A stretch of DNA of 64,000 nucleotides. Origin: Camelus ferus (Eukaryota). The notes beneath the pieces were generated by a model. It was not told where the DNA came from. It did no database searches and saw only the letters and a program-made list of their open reading frames with translations. The translations under genes and the position numbers were made by a program. Location of the stretch: positions 87,856,001 through 87,920,000 of the forward strand of contig NC_045696.1 in NCBI RefSeq assembly GCF_009834535.1, written 5' to 3'. Positions 26,663 to 39,628 of the stretch are shown in pieces (the stretch's first letter is position 1; each line of letters starts with the position of its first letter).

Positions 26663-28295
26663 CAAAGATAACCCCTTGTTTGAATAACTTGTTCTCGGGT
26701 ATTATCTTAACTGGAGCTGAAATTATTTAAATTGTACATGTATTACAGTCTCAATTAAAAAACTACTTTAAAATATAAATAGATGTGTTGTATAATAAAA
26801 CATATTTATATAAACTTTAAAAAGTGTTAAGGGGCTGTTTTTTATTTCCTTTCAGCATAGGTATAGAGGAGTAAAAAGCTAATAACGATAAATGAGATTT
26901 CTATTCTTTTCGGAATGGCAAATAATTTCAAATTAATTCCAAATGCTGATGCTTTCATCTGTGGACCATCCTGTATAAAAGTTGTGGCTTAATATTAAAA
27001 AGGCTCCAATAATGAAATGATTTAGATTTATAAATATAATCAACTTTTAAAATTCTGTCAAATTATTCTTGTTTACTCTAGATTTGAATTTCATCAAATG
27101 TCAGCTCTGTGATAATTGCAATAATTGCATCAAAGTAGACGTTTTATCTATACAGATTGATTTTTTTTTTTTTTTTGGATGGTGTTTAAACCCTAGATGC
27201 TGACTAAAAAGCACAGACTGAAATCACCTGCATTTGGTAAAAAACAAACTCCCACCACTAGCATTTTCCCTTTCTGCTCACTGCTCAGTTGAACTGCTTA
27301 TGTATCCTGGCTTGGCTGTAAGGAAATTTTCGGCTCAAATCCCAGGATTGATTCCACTGCCACAGAATTGTCAGCTACAGAATTCTGTAAAACTGTCTTT
27401 CCTTCTACATTTATTTAACTCAAAGGTTTGAAGTTTCAGTTGCCAGAAGTTTCACAAAAATTTCACAGGATAACTAAGAATCAGAAAGAGGTGACTGAGT
27501 CAATCATTTTTGTGCCCAGATTCAGAACATATCTGTAGAATAGAAAATGTATCTATCTGATAAACCAAAAGCTATACAGTGTATTCCATAAATACATTTT
27601 GTAAACGTGCATGCAAGGCTGAGTGGAACAAGGCTGAGGAAAGTAACTTATGCATGTAATCTCCATCAAATAAGTAACAGCCTCACCGCCACTGTGATTT
27701 TATAACCACATTTTATATAGAGAAGAAAAGGATATTAAAGTAACTATACCTTTGGTTTCACACCGACACTGAAAATATCAGAATGATTAGAACTTCATAA
27801 AAATTCCACCAAGCAGATTATACATTGAAAGAGTGTATCCTTTTTTTATTTTAATTTATGACTACCTTCAATCTCCACTGTTAGCAGCTATTTTTCAATA
27901 GCCAAAACCTGAAAGATATTCTCCACCTCACAGCACTCTATTTTTCTTTATTTTTTGCATGTCTCTACCTACGTCTCCTACTTGACTCTGAGTTCCAACC
28001 CTAGAACTTTCCCAGGGTGGCTTCAGTCTATTTCTTGTGCTCAGACAAATACAGCTCCTCTGCTGTGCTCATTGTTCCATTGTCTTCATGGATGCCCAAG
28101 AATTTTCTTGCTTATTTCTGAGAGACTGGTTTTAAAGGTGGAGATCAGGACTGAAATGATAAAGTTGCCCTGGGGCTGACCAGAATTAAAATACAAGGAC
28201 TCCTGTCTGCTAATAAATAGCTGAAAGATTGTGGATCAGTCCCCTAACCAATCTGAGCTTTGTGTCCTCAGTAAAGTGAGAGTTTTGCTCTAGAG

Positions 28296-28940
28296 TGATG
28301 AGACTGGAAGGAAGGGGCAGGACACAGCCATTAAAGGAGTGACAGCAATTAGCACCAAGACGGCTGAAAAGTCAACTCCCAAGAGACCTGGAGACCCCAG
28401 ATGGCAGGAGAGTGGACCGCCAGTGAACCTTGAGCGTCATTATATACAGTGTAATGCACTAGCACAGTGAATGACACACCTACAGGCACCATGACAGTTC
28501 CAAATCTAATGTAAAAGTTAAAAAGTGGGCAGTGCCCTAATTTCTGGGAATCTCAGTCCCTTCCCCAAGTAGTTGGAATAATCCTCCCACTTGTTAGCAT
28601 ATGAAATAACCAAGCCCATAAAAACTAACAACCCAGCATCTCGTGGCCTTTTCTCTTGCCTTTTGAGATAGCCCACACTCTTGTCTATGAGTACATAAAT
28701 CTACTTTCGCTTTAATCACCCACCCCCACGCTTTGTGGCTTCTCTGGCCTTCTGAGATGGCCTGCAATCTGTCTATGGAATGTGCATGTCTCTGAATAAA
28801 TCTACCTTTTTCAACTGTGGCTTGCTTTTGAATTCTTTCCTACTTGAATCCAAGGACCCTCACTTGATGGAGTGCGTCCAGGGACTCACCTGGAACCTGG
28901 GACATAGCCATCCTTTTGCTCCCTTTTTCCCTGTCTTACA
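28296..28940 (+). mobile_element. ERV solo LTR (ERV1 class, MER50-like)
   Basis: TG...CA termini, gacacacctacaggcaccatgacagttcc, a TATA-like cccataaaaa, AATAAA at 28795, and an internally duplicated ~70-bp block (about 28640-28710 / 28733-28808). Confidence 0.75.
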
Positions 28941-29585
28941 CCAATCTTTAACCTTCTGAGCACCATGGTCTGCCTCCCTGTCTTCCTCCTCCTCCCTCCC
29001 CACCCCTCCTTGTCACGCACAGAGCTGAGAAAAAGTTTCGATAGGGCCACTCACGGTACATGTTAAATAACATTCCAAATCCAATTGCAAAGGCCTTTCT
29101 GACATGGTTACTTTTTTAACTATAGGTAAGAGGTAGAAGCCTATGTATCAATTTTAATGAGTAGATGCCAACTTGTCATACCTTTAAGCGATGCTCCAAT
29201 TCAGAAAGAGATTTTTCCTCCAAGATTAATTACCACTGTCTGACATTATTACCCACTGAAATGTTCTATAAGCCCGCAATACCAAGAGTTTCCAAAAGTG
29301 CCACACATCAGCAATTCCTATTACTGAAAACATGAATATGACAATTGAACACAATGTGAAGGGGAGGGGAGTGGCCTCCAGGGCCAGGTTTTACCCGGCC
29401 CAGCCTGCACTTCTGCAGGAGATGATGAAAGCTGGCACTGACCTTGGCAGGACTACCGAGGACACCTTTCTATTGGGTGAAGGCTTCTTTTTAAAGGCTT
29501 GGGAACTTGGGAAATAAAGAGACATTCTGTTGTCAACAACTAACTGTGCTGCGTGGTGTCACCTTTTCTGTTTCCTGACACACAC

Positions 29586-29600
29586 ATTTGCATAGCAATT
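29586..29600. promoter_or_regulatory. Octamer motif with adjacent degenerate Sox half-site
   Basis: ATTTGCATAGCAATT has 2 mismatches to the Oct-Sox composite ATTTGCATAACAATG. It lies in unique DNA just downstream of a candidate first exon. Confidence 0.35.
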
Positions 29601-29730
29601 GCAGAGAAAATTTCTCTTTTCCCTTCTAATTGGATTGAATTGCTCCTAGATCTTTTTGCTAGTCCCCAGAAGCAATCATGAGGGGGTGGAATACCTTAAG
29701 CTAAAAGATGGAATTATTTAAAGCACTCAC

Positions 29731-30170
29731 AAACGGATTCTTAACCGAAGTCAGTATTTCCTCCCCCTCTCTCCCTTCCCCTCTTTTCTTTTTTTGTTTT
29801 TTTTTTAATAGGAATGTCCTTGGTTATTTTTTTGCTTATGGACATCCATTTTTTTTTAACTTGGTCTTTGGGTGTGTAACTCTGTACATTTGTGGCTCCA
29901 ACCTGTGCTAAAGTTCAGGTCAGTAAGAGCCTGAACCCTAGAAGAGTTCTGCTATATTTTTTGTAAGCAGTCTAGGCTCAGTTTGGGGGCTACACAAACC
30001 CAGAGTGTGGAGAGAAGGAAGGAAGGAAACCGCCTTAAGGCAAAATCTTTTCTTGGCAAATTCAGCAAAACTTTCCCAGGGCACTCGACCTGCCTTTCTA
30101 GGACTTTCCAACTGTCTTTCCTGCTCTCTCTCCCTCCCTCCCTCCCTCCCCCTCCCCCTTCTCCCCATCC
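29731..30170 (-). promoter_or_regulatory. Candidate alternative promoter and first exon
   Basis: Unique sequence with a GA/G-rich tract on the minus strand (30125-30166) and some retained CpGs. It ends at the minus-strand donor TTT|gtgagt (29731/29730). The start is uncertain. Confidence 0.45.
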
Positions 30171-30999
30171 TTTCAAGATCTTCTTATGCAATCTTTCCTG
30201 TAAATGGGGACAATTATGGACAAATATACATCAAGAGGATAAGTGTGCACTGTCTTCCCAAAGGTATTCTTAACGTTATAACCACCTAAATAAATCACTA
30301 ATGGTGAAGTTTTAGATTCTACTTTACCTGTATTTTTTAATGATTCTTGGGAGCAGGATGCCCTTCTATCCACTCCAGATCCCTCTGTATAAGCAGTTAT
30401 TATCTACTTTTTTGGCTTATTTTGCCTAGAACTATCCTAGAGTGGTAGATGGTACCCAGAGCCTCTATCCCATTTTCTTCAATATCTCCTCAGGGCATCC
30501 TCATCATTCACGGCATGAACCACAGACACATACACACGGACCTCCATCTTCTGTTTATTGGCTAGATCCTTATCAGCCACCTCACCCATGTTGGTTTTGG
30601 CCTCTCTGCAAAACATGGAATGATGATACCTATCCATAAAATTTCTTTCAAAGGGGCACAGAATTCTGAGTTGATAAACAGTAAAGATGTCATACAGTCA
30701 GTATAATAATATTGCTCTTTGGTGACTTTGAGATCCTTTGTAGATGGCATAAATGCTAAAATGGTTACATTATGGTACAACAAATCCATAGTATGAGACT
30801 ACTAATCAATTTAAAACAAACCAAAAACTCTATATGGTCTCTAACCCTATCTAAATATTATGCTGCATGAATATCTCATCAAAAGGTAAGAGGAAAGGAA
30901 GAAAAGCAACTGCCCAAAAGTCCAGTGTGTACTGAACCACTGGGGGGAAAAAACTGATAACAGAACAATAAAAACTCTGAGTTAGAAGGGATTTTTTTC

Positions 31000-32060
31000 C
31001 TACATCCAACAAATATTCATGAATAATTATGGATAAAATAATGAGTCAATCAGACACTCCTTGCTCCAAGGAGTCTCATATCTAGTACCAGAGACAGAAA
31101 CAAGGCACACACATCACATAGGCAGTATGCAAGAGGTAGCTGGGTAAGTGCTCTGGAGGGAGATTACAAGGGACCATGAGAGCATACGGAAGGGGATGGT
31201 GACCTACTTTTCAGGAATATGAAAAAGCAACATTTCAGCTGTGATCTGAAGGATGAGTAGCTTAGCTAGGGAAAGAAGGGGTCAGAAAGAATTCCCTTGA
31301 CAAATCTTGAAACAGCTCTGAGGAGGAAGTACAACTGGACTATTTCAGGAACAGAAAAAAAGTCAGAATGGCAGTATTAACGGGGACAAACATTGAATGA
31401 GGTAGGAGAGGTAGGCAACAACCCAACCACAGAGGCCTTCTGGACAGACTATGTTAAGTATTTTGGTAAAGATCAAGAAAGAGCCATTGGAAGAAATGGA
31501 AGTGTCTGAGCCACCTGAGGACAAAAGTGATCACACAGACTATACAACGGAGAATAAATTAGAGGCAGAAAAAGTTAAAATGGGCAAAATGCTGAGCAAG
31601 CACAACACATTCATAAAGTAGTCCACTGGACAATCAATTCTAGTTTAGAATAGGGTGGTGCTTGTAAAAAGAAAGAGAAATGGAAAAACTGGAGAGATAT
31701 TTAGGAGGTAAAAGATCTGTGGCTTGACACTGTGGTACTATTTACTGAAACTCGGATTGCTCAAGCAAGATTGTTGGGGACTCAGCACTGGATGTGTATT
31801 GGATGTGGGGTGTCTCTGAGAGGGAAGTGGAGCCAACAAATAGGTAATTTACAACTGAGTTTTAGAGTTCAAAGAAGAAGACTGATTTGGAGACTGGCAG
31901 TCAGGAATTGTTGGCATCTAGGGGAACTGATGCCCTGATAAAGAGTAAAGAGGAGTTGAAAAATTTGAGAATGGTAAAAGGAGATAATCCCAAATAAAGA
32001 TATATGCAAAATAATAGGGTCTAGCTACAAACCAGTAGGGGAGAAGGTCTTTTAGGAAGT
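31000..32060 (-). mobile_element. LINE-2 remnant
   Basis: catccaacaaatattcatgaa (3' end), cagacactccttgctccaaggagtctcata, gatctgaaggatgagtag, gagagatatttaggaggtaaaa. Confidence 0.75.
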
Positions 32061-32890
32061 AAAGGATAAGAACTTAAAGGGATACATACAGAGATATACT
32101 TGGTTAGGGACCATTCCAAGGGAATACGAATAAACTCACTGTGAACAGGGACCAGAATTTTATATTCCTAATCTTTCTCACAACAAATAAAACTGAACTA
32201 TCCTCAAAGCAGGAGTTCACCAAAGAAAGAAAATACAGCAATGAAGAATGGTCAAAAAGAGTCTAATTTGACAAAGGATTCTTAAATTGGGTTGAAGGAG
32301 GCAATTCTTCATTTAATTCAAATGTGTTTCTTCTCTGTTTTAATAAAGAACTCTGACAGGTGATTTGAAGGAAGTGGTACAACAGATTTATTTATCTCTA
32401 GTTAAGACAATGACTGCTGCTCTTTTAACAATTTGAGAGGGTGTCAGGGAATAAATCAAAGGGGAAATTGAGTTTTGAAGAAGCATTAATTTTATTGTAG
32501 ACCATATTAAGAAAGTGAATACGTCTTGTTTCCTCAGGTTCAAAAACAAACATAACTGCCTCAGTTCATTTAATTTCCCAATTACCCATTTACCATAAAA
32601 TATCAATGTTAACTACTTTTCAATAAAAATCAAATTACCATTACCCTTCAGTTGAGCTTTTTATTTGAATATTCCACTAGAAATTATACTTTCACTCAAG
32701 GTTGCTATTAGAGCAATAAGTGAGATAATACCATTCTGGAGCAAAAAATCTCATAGACCATACTTTCCTTGAAAGAAACGTTGAAATAGTTTTTTTTTGT
32801 AAAAGAAAAATGTGTTTACTTAGTTTTTTAAAATAGTCTACTCTTTCTTAAGAAGAAAGATTACTTTTTAAAATAGGATATATTTCTTAC

Positions 32891-32944
32891 CTGTACATGC
32901 ATTTTCTGCATACTCCAATTGAAACTCAGCATGTTATCCAATGT
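32891..32944 (-). other. Candidate 54-nt spliced exon
   Basis: On the minus strand the acceptor is tttaattttattttcataag|ACATTG and the consensus donor is GTACAG|gtaaga. Unique sequence. Confidence 0.6.
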
Positions 32945-34129
32945 CTTATGAAAATAAAATTAAATACAATATGTAAGTGTAGACTACCACATATGTACAG
33001 AAACTGACACAAGGCCAGCATTTATGGTCAAGCACTCTGCTATCAAGTATATCATTCTCTCTTCCTCCAGAAGGCTCTGTGGACTCCTGGCCCAGGCAAA
33101 TTTGCTGTCACTGAACCTACTAATAGGATAGAATTGGTAAATATTATACACCAAAACTTCAGTGCTCTTATTTGAAATCCTGAGATCACTAGTTTCACAA
33201 ATAGCCTGCACTCAATTTTTTTCCCTCTGTATTTTGTTCTTTCCTACACATTGTATTAGTTTTCTTCTCTCATTATATACCAACATTCTTCTCTTTACTA
33301 TCTGTTTATCTCTTTTTATCTCCACAGTACTTGGCACAATGTGTGTTCATAGAAGGTGATTTATAAATAATGTGTTGTTTATTTTGTGTGTGCTCCAAGG
33401 TGCATTTAGGTTGAAGGTATTTTCATGTAAATCAGAAAACAAAGATGGCAAAACATTGATACAGGTTTTCAATTGATACAGGTTTGATGTAATAAGTAGA
33501 AGGTTACTATTAGACATTGAGTAATAATGCTTAGTATCAGATACACTTTGTAAAAGTTCCCTTCCACAGACCACAGATGTAATTCTCTTTTTAAAATATT
33601 TTCAGAAAAATCATGACAATAAAAAAGTTCCCGCTAGTTATTTCCTTGCCCCAACAATCAATCACTATTCTAAATTCCTTAAAACATCAACATATAGCCA
33701 ATAATTTAAACAAGAGATCACTACCAGCCAACAGATGTTTCAGCTGCCTGTGCCTTGACTCCTCCCATACCCATTCTTACCCTCACCACAACATCCCATG
33801 AGGCCAAGCAGAGCAATCCAAACCCAGCCTGCAGCAGACAGGCTCAGAACCTCAGCTCGCTCACCAAAAACAAGTTCCTATTGGATGCAAAGTAACCAAA
33901 AAATAGGAAGGAGAAAAACACAATCCAGGTTTGGAGGGGAAATCAGACAGAACTATTTGAGAAAAAATTTTCTACTTTTGATTGTTTTTGTTATTGTTTG
34001 TATGTCATTTATTACTTAGAAGAAAGTTTTAAGGAGAAGACACACAGCATATGGGTGCCTGGGAAGTTTCCTTTAATAAAAAGGATCATTTCTTTAAAAA
34101 ATATACATCCAGAAAAAATGTTAGGTAAT

Positions 34130-34475
34130 GTTGTATAATAATTTGTCTGGGCTTCATCCTGAGTTCCTGGCTTTGCATAGAAGTTTCACATTTGGGATTC
34201 TCTGAGATCTCACTCTATCTCTTCATTTGGCTGTCCTGATTTTATCCTTTTTTTTAAAAAAAGGTAATTTTAAGTATAGCCCTTTCCTGAGTTCTACGAG
34301 TCATTCTAGCAAACTATCACAACCAGGGGGCTAGTGGGAACCCCTAAATTTGTAGCCTAAGAATCCTGGAGTTTGCTGCTGGTGTCTGATGTGATGTGAG
34401 TTTAGTGGAGGACAGTGACCTCAACGTGTGAGGTCTGCACCAACTCCAAGTAGTTAGTGCCAGAACCAGCTTACA
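34130..34475 (+). mobile_element. MER21-like ERVL LTR (internally deleted)
   Basis: tctcttcatttggctgtcctga...ctttcctgagttctacgagtcattctagcaaac...gtgggaacccctaaatttgtagcc...gtagttagtgccagaac. Confidence 0.75.
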
Positions 34476-35421
34476 GGGTAAGTAGCAAATTAAGAAAAAA
34501 AATAATAGCAGCTTAATTATTAACTCTCATTCATGATGATTTAAACTTTTAAAAACCATGTAAAAAAGGCACACTAAAAAAATGTAACTGGAGCATTTCT
34601 TCCATTCCTGTGTGCTATGTCAGGCTGTGTAATTCGTGTAGCTTGATCTTTTTCTCTTCTCCTGCCTCCCCATGGAAATGGAATAACTCAATCTGAATTA
34701 CAGTCATCTGTGATAAGGTATGCTGATAACTGTGATTGTGAGCACTGACCATTTATAATAAAAAAAAAAATTGTCAGCCTGACCTCAGCCACAGAAAAGA
34801 AAGAACAACATTCCTCAACTCATAATTCTTGATATTCTCATTCCTCTATTGAAAAAGAGTGGTTTCCTATTTGCTTGGAAAACCATCTTCAATGCTCTTG
34901 TGATTTAATTTACTTGGTAAATTCAGCCTCCATTATAAATCTCACTGAAAGTAACTTCTGCATAAGTAAGTAAATGTTAGCATTTCCAGATCTTATTTAG
35001 TGCACTATCTATGTGCATTATTTACATTGTGTAAAATTGAGCTGATCAAGACCATTTTCAAAATTCTCATTCACAGTTCTGTCAAAGAATACAGTGCTTT
35101 TTCTCCACCAATTAATAATACTATAAATACACAATAATCCAAAATATCATTTCATTCCATTTACATTATAAGTAAACATCATAACTAATTACTCATTTAA
35201 TATAATTTACCAATAAAGACTAATCGGTACACACACAAATTTCTCCTGATAAATTTTGTCTCCCTAATAAAATTCTTATTGTACTTTTCTTCCTACAACA
35301 AATCCTTGTCATCTTTCAAATTCTCACTAAATCTGTGTGTGTGTTCATGCAGACTCCCTGTGCACATGTGTCCACATCAGTTTCCTCAACTGTGTACTTT
35401 CTAACTTTCTACAGAATTTGA

Positions 35422-35422
<1 letters not shown>

Positions 35423-35470
<48 letters not shown>
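35423..35470. repeat. (TG)24 microsatellite
   Basis: Read directly. Confidence 0.97.
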
Positions 35471-35473
<3 letters not shown>

Positions 35474-36604
35474 AGGGGTGGTGGTGGTGGAGGGAGCTCA
35501 AAACAAACCTTCTAAGCTACTAATGTAGCAAAATCCCCCACACTTCATCCCAGGCTCCTATGGCGACACTTAGAAAAATAGCTCTTCTATTTAATATCCC
35601 CAAATACTGCGTTTTGAAATGTTACAAATCAGTAATTCTGGATAAGAATACTGTCACCTACCATGGATTCCTGGTGACTGACTTGCACTTCATTGGCATT
35701 CCCTAGGTTGTCCTGATTCTCAGGAAAGTGGCCTTTAAACAATAGCTAATGGCATTCTAAAAATTATTCTCCAGACGTTTACGCTATAGTATGTTCTTCA
35801 ACAAATTACTCTGACTCAATGGCTCTTATATGCAAACTTCTTTCTTTTCTATCACAATTGCAAACAACTATGAGTCTGTCTTGAAATTTGATGGACATAC
35901 GCCATATGGAAAAAGCAAGGACATGAATATGGAGACAGGTTGTACAGTGTGTGTGAGACCAGAGAGAACTCACAGAGAAACAGGCCAGCTCTTGGAGAAT
36001 CTAATAGCAAGAAAGTTGAAGAAATTAGCAGTTACTGCAAAGCCATGATGGCATACATCAGGCCCATCCACCAGAATATTCTGTCCTTTAAGCCTCAATT
36101 TAACAACAATTCTGATCAGTAATCAAGAGGGAGGAACAGACACGTTACAAGAAATTGAAATGATATTTTGATATTTCTTTCTTCTATACAGTAAAAATAT
36201 TAGCCAAATCCCACAAAATACACCATGGCACCATCAATATGAGGTGAGAACCCTATGTCACTTTGACTCTGACAGTCTTCAAGTGAACTGTCATGCAAAG
36301 TTTTGGAAATTTTCAGTTAAAGTTGAACATCATACATCTCAAAACACTACATTAATTGGCACTTAGTGGTAGAAAAATCTCACATTCACTACTATATAAA
36401 CCATTGTATACTTATAATATGAAATCCCATAATATTGAGAAACTTCAGTAATTTGGACTGAATGACAGGCCATCCTTATTTAGGAAAAGATTGAGATTAG
36501 GAACTATTATTGTATAGCAAGATGGTTATGATAAATACTGGGGGGAGGAAAGGCCCTTTTGTCTAGGTCCCTGGAAGGCCTGTTCTAATAAATTGCCAGC
36601 ACAT

Positions 36605-37200
36605 AGTGAGGGGGCAGCCCCAAGACCACCCTCACTTCTGACACCAATGACAACTTTGGGGTCCCTCAGGCCACCCTCGGGTTTAATAATTTGTTAGAAG
36701 GATTCAAACAAATAACAAAAAGCTGCTATGCTCATAGTTATACTTTATAACAGGGAAAGGATACAGATTAAAACCAGTCAAGAGAAGAGACACATGGGGC
36801 AGAGTCGAGGATAGCCCTATACAGAGCTTCCTGATGTTTCTTCTTCCAGTGCAACTGTGGGCAATGCTAATTTCTCCCAGTGATGATATGTGACGAAATG
36901 CATGGAGTATTGCCAGCTCAGAAAACCTGAGCTCAGGTGTGCAAATTTTTATTAGAGCTTCAGCACATGGACACGATGGACTGCCCGTGCAGCTGACCTT
37001 TAGACTCCTGGTGGAACTGACACTGCATGGCCCAAAGCCCTCACCATAAATCACATTGTTTGACTATCCAGCATGGACCCAGGATCCCAAGTACATAGAG
37101 CCACTCTTATTAGGCAGGACATTCTAAGAACAAGAGATCACTTCTCAGGAGCTGGGGGCAAAGGCCACACCTCTCTTTGGTAACATTCATTCTTCACTAA
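36605..37200 (-). mobile_element. MER21C/MER77-like ERVL LTR
   Basis: ccccaagaccaccctcacttctgacaccaa...aaagctgctatgctcatagttatactttataacagggaaaggatacagattaaaa. Confidence 0.8.
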
Positions 37201-37679
37201 TGGCCAGGCATAATTTTTTCTGATCCAGAAGTTAATCCTGCTTTTAAAGTTTCAGGGGAAATAAATTGCTGTTTACTTACTTTTAAAAAAAATCCTTCAG
37301 TTATACATGCCTACTATGAATGAAGGAAGAATTTATCAAAATATCATCCATGTTCCTATATTATTTCCATGTATTTTAAATTAGTGACATCCCCATCAAT
37401 TAAGTTTTGCTATGTTTTAATACGGGATTAGCATAGTTACAATTCCAAAGATAGCACCAGACAGTGCATCTTTCTGACATGGTGATAATATAACGACTGA
37501 GGAGAGAAGCAGCTACAGCCGTGGCTTTATATTTTTTCACCAAAAAAGGAAGGATACATTGTGATGAATGTATAGTACTACTTCACTTAAAAGGCACTGG
37601 GGGTGCTTAACAGAGTGTATATAAGAACTACCTCATATGAATCTGTATTTACCATGATGGCAATAGGTCAGAAAAATGA

Positions 37680-37888
37680 TATATTTTTCTGTCTCTCTGA
37701 TTTTGACTACTCCAAGGACCTCATATAAGTGGAATCATACAATATTTGTCTTTTTGTAATTAGCTTATTTCAGTCAGCATAATGCCCTCAAGATTCCTGT
37801 ATGTTGTACTTATATCAGAATTCTGTCCCTTTCTAGGACTGAATAAATTTTATATCTATTTTACCACAATAAAAAATTGAAAAAAATT
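37680..37888. mobile_element. Old L1 fragment (minus) abutting a plus-strand L1 tail
   Basis: acctcatataagtggaatcatacaatatttgtc (minus-strand L1) is followed by tatctattttaccacaataaaaaa (plus-strand 3' end). Confidence 0.65.
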
Positions 37889-39058
37889 CTTAGTTTTATT
37901 GATATACATACAAATTTGATGTTTCAATATACACTAATTCTTCCTTTAAATATGTCTTCCCTAAAGAAGAATGCTATGTGTAAGAGTTCCTAAAACAGCC
38001 CATCGAAAGCTGTGGCAACTGCACCCCACCCAAAAAAAAAATAACTATTGTATATCTGTGTATGCTAATAGAAAATCAAGTGAATAATATCATACAACAT
38101 GAAGTACAGGCAACTCCAATCAAAAGAAATCAAGAACTATAGCTAATGCACCAATTCTTGGGCAGAATAACCCAGAGAGGAAGTATTATCATTGCAACAC
38201 TGTGTCCTTCATACATATTTTATGAACTAAGTTTTTCACACACTTTAGAGGTTAGCAGTGCATTACATTTTTGTCTACTACTTGATTTAACAGAATGAAA
38301 TGCCCTGAAGGCATTTATTAAAACCAGAGGGGAAAAATGCGATTACTGTTAACCTCTGCTTGTAACTCACAAAGGCTTTCATGAAACAAGTATCAAAGTG
38401 CACTCCAATCACAAAACTACATATGAGCTGTTCTGTCACTTAACACTCACTGTTATTTAGCATTTAAACACGTAACATTAAATAGGTTTGTGTCAGCTTA
38501 ACCCATGGTGTCTGTGGCTCTAGTTTCCAACTTCCAGAGACCAAATACACTGATATTTAGTAATTACCAGAATTTGTAAAGGTTTATCTTTTAGCAAATA
38601 CTGAGTTATTGGTTTGCTTGTTCTTCTAACTAAATTTGTGGAGCATCAGCTATGTTTAAATTGCTGTGGAATCCTGGCTCCCCAAATATCATCAACACAA
38701 GCTCTGTACATAAGACAATTCTAAGTTTTTTTGCTCACTGCAGTAAAGACTGACAAAGATTTCTTAGTTCCTTAGAGGGAAAAAGGCAAAGTCAGAATCT
38801 ATTGAGAATTTGAAGTTTGGTTTACCTGGGTCCTTTGATGCAGTGGAATTGATTAGGATTGATTATGTAAGGATTGTAATATTACAGTTTAGAATTGCTG
38901 CAAACAGCAGGGGTAGGATTTTGAAGCCAAGGCTCTGGGGCATTTTTAACGGCTTAAACTGTTGATTCTTCTCATTGAAGAACAGATTTTTTTTTCTGGA
39001 AGTTTTCCTTATCAAAATTCTCCTAGAATAGAGAGGCGATGCTAATAAAGGCAATGGA

Positions 39059-39628
39059 TATCATATGATGTGACTAATATGTGCTAAAAAATGACACAAA
39101 TGAACTCATTTACAAAACAGAAATAGACTCACAGACATAGGAAACAAACTTATGGTTACCAGGGGAGATAGGGAGCAGGTGGAGGGATAAATTGGGAGTT
39201 TGAGATTTGCAGATACTAACTACTATATACAAAACAGATAAACAACAAGGTCCTACTGTATAGCACAGGGAACTATGCTCAGGGCACTTGTAATAACCTA
39301 TAATGAAAAAGTATATATATATATATATATGAATAACTGAATCAATTTGCTGTACACCAGAGACTAACACAACATCGCAAATTAGCTATACTTCAATTAA
39401 AAACAAAAGTTGTTCTCATCAGTATCAGAAGATCAATGTTAAGTGCACTTATATATACATATATATATTCCTTTTCATATTCTTTTTCATTATAGGCTGT
39501 GTATAGCCTATAATGAAAAAGAATATGAAAAGGAATACATATATATGTATGTATAAGTGAATCACTATGATGTACACCAGAAATTAACGTAATATTGTAA
39601 ACCGACTATACTTCAATGAAAAAAAATT
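39059..39628 (+). mobile_element. Composite L1 3'-end insertion: L1 tail, spacer, inverted copy, second L1 tail, all within one TSD
   Basis: TSD aaggcaatgga at 39048-39058 and 39629-39639. Two L1 3' termini end near 39408 and 39628, with a palindrome at 39446-39559. Confidence 0.88.

Noticed and set aside
29938..30373. Cluster of overlapping ORFs on both strands
   Set aside because: They arise from the stop-poor low-complexity CT tract and show no protein-like features.
3223..33486. Short local tandem duplications (atatatctgataagga x2 near 3223; tatagctcaaa x2 near 8596; taagggtatcca x2 near 23594; attgatacaggttt x2 near 33455)
   Set aside because: These are ordinary slippage/microduplication events with unrelated sequences, not an array.
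36704..37054. 116-aa minus-strand ORF
   Set aside because: It lies wholly within a MER21-like LTR and shows no recognisable domain.
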